Shown here: positions 56,565-64,000 of the stretch, piece after piece
Position numbering within the stretch: position 1 is the first letter of the stretch
How the letters are laid out: each line of letters begins with the position of its first letter
NCBI GenBank assembly: GCA_040757085.1
Contig: JBFLXJ010000009.1
Coordinates: forward strand, 7,466 to 71,465
Source: Bacillota bacterium
Lineage (GTDB): Bacteria > Bacillota > Sulfobacillia > JACIYH01
DNA length: 64,000 nt
Reading direction: 5' to 3'
Program-made: the position numbers and the translations under genes
Notes under the pieces: model-generated
What the model was told of the DNA's origin: nothing
Databases searched by the model: none
Seen by the model: the letters and a program-made list of their open reading frames with translations, nothing else

Positions 56565-59500
56565 ATGGCCCTGGCCCTGCAGGCGGGTTGCCGGCAAAGG
56601 CGCAACTTTGGGCGCATCTCCGAGGTGCTGGAGATCCCCAACCTGATCGAGATCCAGAGGAGATCGTACGACTGGTTTGTTCGCGAAGGGTTGCGTGAAC
56701 TCCTGCGTGATATCTCGCCCATCCAGGATTTCACGGGCAACCTGGTCCTGGAATTCCTGGATCCCGAGTTGGGGAAGCCCAAGTACACGGTCGAAGAGTG
56801 CAAGGAGAGGGATGTCACCTACGCGGCTCCCCTCAAGGTGAAGGTCCGGCTCATCAACAAGGACACGGGCGAAGTTAAGGAGCAGCACGTGTTCATGGGG
56901 GATTTCCCCCTCATGACCGAACAGGGGACCTTCATCATCAACGGGGCGGAGCGGGTAGTGGTGAGCCAGTTGGTGCGCTCGCCCGGCGCCTACTTCTCGT
57001 CGCAACCGGATCCCGTGTCGGGGGTTACCCTCTACTACGCTACCATCATCCCCAACCGGGGGGCGTGGTTGGAGTTCGAGACCGACTCCTCCGAGGTGGT
57101 GTGGGTGCGAGTGGATCGCACCCGCAAGCTGCCGGCTACCGTGCTGCTGCGCGCACTGGGGTATTCGAGTGATAACGACATCCTCGAGCTCTACGGGGAC
57201 GACCCCCGCATCAAGAACACCCTTGAGCGGGACAGCACCAGGTCTGCCGATGAGGCCCTCATCGAAATATACAAGCGCCTGCGACCCGGTGAGCCTCCGA
57301 CGGTGGAGTCGGCCCGTACCCTGCTGGATTCATTGTTCTTCGAGTCGCGCCGGTACGACCTCGCCACCGTCGGTCGTTACAAGCTGAACAAGAAGCTTTC
57401 CCTGCGGCGGCGCCTGGTGGGCACCCTGGCCGCGGGCAGGGTGATCGATCCCCGCACCGGTGAGGTACTGGCCGAGCCGGGCAGTGTGATCGACCGCCGC
57501 CTGGCGGAGAGGATCGACGCCGCCGGCATCTCCCGCCTCAAGGTGCGCCTTCCCGACGGGGAAGTAATACCCGTCCTGGCCAATGGTGCACCAGAGCTGG
57601 GGGTGAAGACCGTCACCAAGGAAGACATCGTGGCGGTGGTATCGTACCTCCTCAACCTGTTCCGCGGCCTGGGCTCGGTGGACGACATCGACCACCTGGG
57701 GAACCGGCGCCTGCGCTGCGTGGGGGAGCTCTTGCAGAACCAGTTCCGCATCGGGCTGGCCCGCATGGAGCGCGTGGTCAAAGAGCGCATGACCATCCAG
57801 GACGTGGAGTCGGTGACCCCGCAGGTGCTCATCAACATCCGCCCCGTGACGGCGGCGGTGCGGGAGTTCTTCGGGTCGAGCCAGTTGTCCCAGTTCATGG
57901 ACCAGACCAACCCCCTGGCCGAGCTCACCCACAAGCGGCGGTTGTCGGCCCTTGGGCCGGGGGGGCTCTCCCGGGAGCGGGCCGGGTTCGAGGTGCGGGA
58001 CGTGCACCACTCCCACTACGGCCGCATGTGCCCCATCGAGACCCCTGAAGGCCCCAACATCGGCCTGATCAGCTCCCTGGCCACCTACGCGCGGGTAAAT
58101 CCCTTCGGGTTCATCGAGGCCCCTTACCGCAAGGTGGATAAGGACCAGGGGCGGGTGACGGACGAGGTGGTGTACCTGAGCGCCGATGAGGAAGACGAGT
58201 GCGTCATCGCTCAGGCCAACGCCCCTGTGGATGCTGAGGGCCGCCTGATCGGGCCGCGGGTGGTCGCCCGTTACCGCGGTGACGTGGTGTACGTGCCTCC
58301 CACCGAAGTTGATTACATGGATGTGTCGCCCAAGCAGATCGTGTCCGTGGCCACCGCCCTCATCCCCTTCCTGGAGCACGACGACGCCAACCGGGCACTC
58401 ATGGGGTCCAACATGCAGCGGCAGGCGGTGCCGCTCCTGCGCGCGGAAGCGCCCCTGGTGGGCACGGGGCTGGAGTTCCGGGCTGCCTGCGACTCGGGCG
58501 TGGTACTGCTGGCTCCCGAGGACGGGGTGGTGGAGTCGGTCACTGCCACGGAGATCAAGGTGAGGTACGATTCCGGGCGGACGGTCACCCACCGGCTCAT
58601 GAAGTTCGCCCGCTCCAACCAGGGTACCTGTATGAACCAGCGCCCGGTGGTGGTGAAGGGCCAGCGGGTGCGCAAGAGGGACGTCCTCGCCGACGGGCCC
58701 TCCACCGACATGGGGGAACTGGCTCTGGGCAGGAACGTCCTGGTGGCATTCATGCCCTGGGAAGGATACAACTACGAGGACGCCATCCTGATCTCGGAGG
58801 AACTGGTGCAGGATGACGTCTACACTTCCATCCACATCGAGGAGTACGAGTGCGACGCCCGGGATACCAAGCTGGGGCCGGAAGAGATTACCCGGGAAAT
58901 CCCCAACGTGGGTGAGGATGTGCTCAAGGACCTGGACGAAAGGGGCATCATCCGCATCGGGGCAGAGGTGCGGCCGGGTGATATTCTGGTAGGCAAGGTG
59001 ACCCCCAAGGGCGAGACCGAACTCACGGCGGAGGAGCGGCTGCTGCGGGCCATATTCGGGGAGAAGGCCCGGGAAGTGCGGGATACCTCCCTGCGGGTTC
59101 CCCACGGTGAGTCCGGTGTGGTGGTGGATGTCAAGGTGTTCTCGCGGGAGAGGGGAGACGAACTCCCTCCCGGAGTGAATCAACTGGTGCGGGTCTACGT
59201 GGCCCAGAAGCGTAAGATCTCGGTGGGCGACAAGATGGCGGGGCGGCATGGAAATAAGGGCGTTATCGCCCGCATCCTGCCCCGGGAAGACATGCCGTTC
59301 TTGCCCGACGGAACGCCGGTACAGATCGTGCTTAACCCCCTCGGGGTACCTTCCCGTATGAACCTGGGGCAGATCCTGGAGACTCACCTGGGCTGGGCGG
59401 CGCGGGCTCTGGGCCTGCACGTGGCCTCCCCCGTCTTCGACGGTGCCCGGGAAGAGGAGATCCTGGACCTGCTCGAGCAGGCGGGTCTGCCCCGCTCAGG

Positions 59501-60212
59501 TAAGATTACGCTGCGCGATGGACGGACGGGTCAGCCTTTTGACCAGGACGTCTGTGTCGGCTACCTGTACATGATGAAGCTGGCCCACCTGGTGGATGAC
59601 AAGATCCATGCCCGCTCTACCGGCCCGTACTCCCTGGTTACCCAGCAGCCCCTGGGCGGTAAGGCCCAGTTCGGCGGGCAGCGGTTCGGAGAGATGGAAG
59701 TGTGGGCCCTGGAAGCCTACGGCGCCGCCTACACCCTCCAGGAATTGCTCACCGTCAAGTCGGACGACGTGCTGGGTCGCGTGCGCACCTACGAGGCCAT
59801 CGTGAAGGGTGAGAACGTGCCCGAGCCCGGCGTGCCGGAGTCCTTCAAGGTGCTCATCAAGGAACTGCAGAGCCTGGCCCTGGACGTGCGGGTGCTGGAT
59901 GAGGAAGGGCGGGAGATCGAGCTCAAGGAAGTGGAGGATGAGGTGGAGGCTCGCCCGGCGGCCCGGCGCCTGGAGCGTGAGCTAGCGGGACCGGCGGCGG
60001 AGGCAGGCGAGCTGGGGGAAGAGACGGTGTACGCCGAGGCGGATGAAGAGCTGCGGGAGGCCGAACCCCTGGAGGCTGAGGCCTTCGATGAGGTGCCGGC
60101 TTCTCTGGCCTCCGCCGGACGCGTGGTAGCCTCGGGTGGTGACGGCGGTCACCCCGAGAGCCTGGAGGAACTGCGCGCGGCGGAGGACGAGGACGAAATG
60201 GACGAGGAATGA
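56565..60212 (+). CDS. rpoB: DNA-directed RNA polymerase subunit beta
   Basis: [20 protein letters not shown] start and all conserved beta blocks (e.g. [40 protein letters not shown]). Acidic C-terminal tail. Confidence 0.97.
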   Translation: MALALQAGCRQRRNFGRISEVLEIPNLIEIQRRSYDWFVREGLRELLRDISPIQDFTGNLVLEFLDPELGKPKYTVEECKERDVTYAAPLKVKVRLINKDTGEVKEQHVFMGDFPLMTEQGTFIINGAERVVVSQLVRSPGAYFSSQPDPVSGVTLYYATIIPNRGAWLEFETDSSEVVWVRVDRTRKLPATVLLRALGYSSDNDILELYGDDPRIKNTLERDSTRSADEALIEIYKRLRPGEPPTVESARTLLDSLFFESRRYDLATVGRYKLNKKLSLRRRLVGTLAAGRVIDPRTGEVLAEPGSVIDRRLAERIDAAGISRLKVRLPDGEVIPVLANGAPELGVKTVTKEDIVAVVSYLLNLFRGLGSVDDIDHLGNRRLRCVGELLQNQFRIGLARMERVVKERMTIQDVESVTPQVLINIRPVTAAVREFFGSSQLSQFMDQTNPLAELTHKRRLSALGPGGLSRERAGFEVRDVHHSHYGRMCPIETPEGPNIGLISSLATYARVNPFGFIEAPYRKVDKDQGRVTDEVVYLSADEEDECVIAQANAPVDAEGRLIGPRVVARYRGDVVYVPPTEVDYMDVSPKQIVSVATALIPFLEHDDANRALMGSNMQRQAVPLLRAEAPLVGTGLEFRAACDSGVVLLAPEDGVVESVTATEIKVRYDSGRTVTHRLMKFARSNQGTCMNQRPVVVKGQRVRKRDVLADGPSTDMGELALGRNVLVAFMPWEGYNYEDAILISEELVQDDVYTSIHIEEYECDARDTKLGPEEITREIPNVGEDVLKDLDERGIIRIGAEVRPGDILVGKVTPKGETELTAEERLLRAIFGEKAREVRDTSLRVPHGESGVVVDVKVFSRERGDELPPGVNQLVRVYVAQKRKISVGDKMAGRHGNKGVIARILPREDMPFLPDGTPVQIVLNPLGVPSRMNLGQILETHLGWAARALGLHVASPVFDGAREEEILDLLEQAGLPRSGKITLRDGRTGQPFDQDVCVGYLYMMKLAHLVDDKIHARSTGPYSLVTQQPLGGKAQFGGQRFGEMEVWALEAYGAAYTLQELLTVKSDDVLGRVRTYEAIVKGENVPEPGVPESFKVLIKELQSLALDVRVLDEEGREIELKEVEDEVEARPAARRLERELAGPAAEAGELGEETVYAEADEELREAEPLEAEAFDEVPASLASAGRVVASGGDGGHPESLEELRAAEDEDEMDEE

Positions 60213-60231
60213 CGCGAAGGGAGCGAGCGCG

Positions 60232-63774
<3,543 letters not shown>

Positions 63775-63828
63775 CACTCCGGTAGGTCGGTGCTAAAATC
63801 ACAAAGTGTGCTCCAGGAGGGTTAGGGC

Positions 63829-64000
63829 TTGAGCCTGGACGATTTGAAGGCGGCCCGGAGGCGCACGGTGGGTACCAGGCAGACCCTGCGGGCCGTGGAA
63901 AAAGGAAATGTGGTGTGTGTATTCGTGGCCAGGGATGCCGAAGAACGCGTGGTGTCTGACCTGGTCAGGATGTGTCAGGATAAGGGCACCCCGGTGGAGT
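63829..64000 (+). CDS. ribosomal protein L7Ae-family protein (YbxF-like), 3'-truncated by the window edge
   Basis: TTG after CAGGAGGG. LSLDDLKAARRRTVGTRQTLRAVEKGNVVCVFVARDAEE..V resembles the B. subtilis YbxF/RplGB N-terminus and occupies the same position after rpoC. Confidence 0.75.
   Translation, partial: MSLDDLKAARRRTVGTRQTLRAVEKGNVVCVFVARDAEERVVSDLVRMCQDKGTPVE

Noticed and set aside
57330-59420. 696-aa minus-strand ORF inside rpoB (and the similar 532-aa ORF at 62179..63777 inside rpoC)
   Set aside because: Both are antisense to universally conserved RNA polymerase genes and have low-complexity, H/P/G/R-rich products. This is the same high-GC artefact.

Overview
Visibly GC-rich (roughly mid-60s % by eye, not computed), almost fully coding chromosomal segment of an endospore-former-type Firmicute (sigH, ctsR-mcsAB-clpC, disA, a SASP-like gene). 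The species cannot be named from sequence alone. Content is mainly housekeeping: an in-frame argB'-argD fusion, argG, argH; a TPR protein; mobB-mobA; a small SASP-like gene; a P-loop/Asp23 fusion protein; an M20 peptidase; a Na/Pi-type transporter; rpoN abutting the glycolytic operon gap-pgk-tpiA-gpmI-eno; secG, an HD hydrolase, smpB and tmRNA; a cell-wall amidase; an eRF1/Pelota-fold (baeRF-like) protein; a beta-propeller lipoprotein; an EF-G paralogue; and an RlmI-like methyltransferase. The rest follows the Bacillus-type backbone ctsR-mcsA-mcsB-clpC-[DRG-like GTPase]-radA-disA ... carD-yacL-ispDF-cysS-mrnC-thyX-rlmB-sigH-tRNAs-rpmG-tRNA-secE-nusG-rplK-rplA ... rplJ-rplL-rpoB-rpoC-L7Ae. rplKA and rplJL are split by an ~8.5 kb insert carrying ggt, a creatininase-family gene, a CooT-like gene, an SDR, T-box-controlled cysE, an MFS transporter, and an ArsR-type repressor with a CPC P-type ATPase. 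Six tRNAs, tmRNA, a Cys T-box, an L10 leader, a CtsR operator and several sigma-A-like promoters are readable. I saw no CRISPR array, IS/transposase, integrase or recognisable defence island. The most unusual items are two archaeo-eukaryotic-type translation factors in bacterial quality-control neighbourhoods (a baeRF-like protein near smpB-ssrA, and a DRG-like GTPase inside the clpC-radA operon), the P-loop/Asp23 fusion, the ArgB-ArgD in-frame fusion and the split L11-L1 / L10-L12 cluster. Many long ORFs in the supplied track are antisense or out-of-frame artefacts of high GC and were not called. All family assignments are by eye from remembered motifs; no database search was run.
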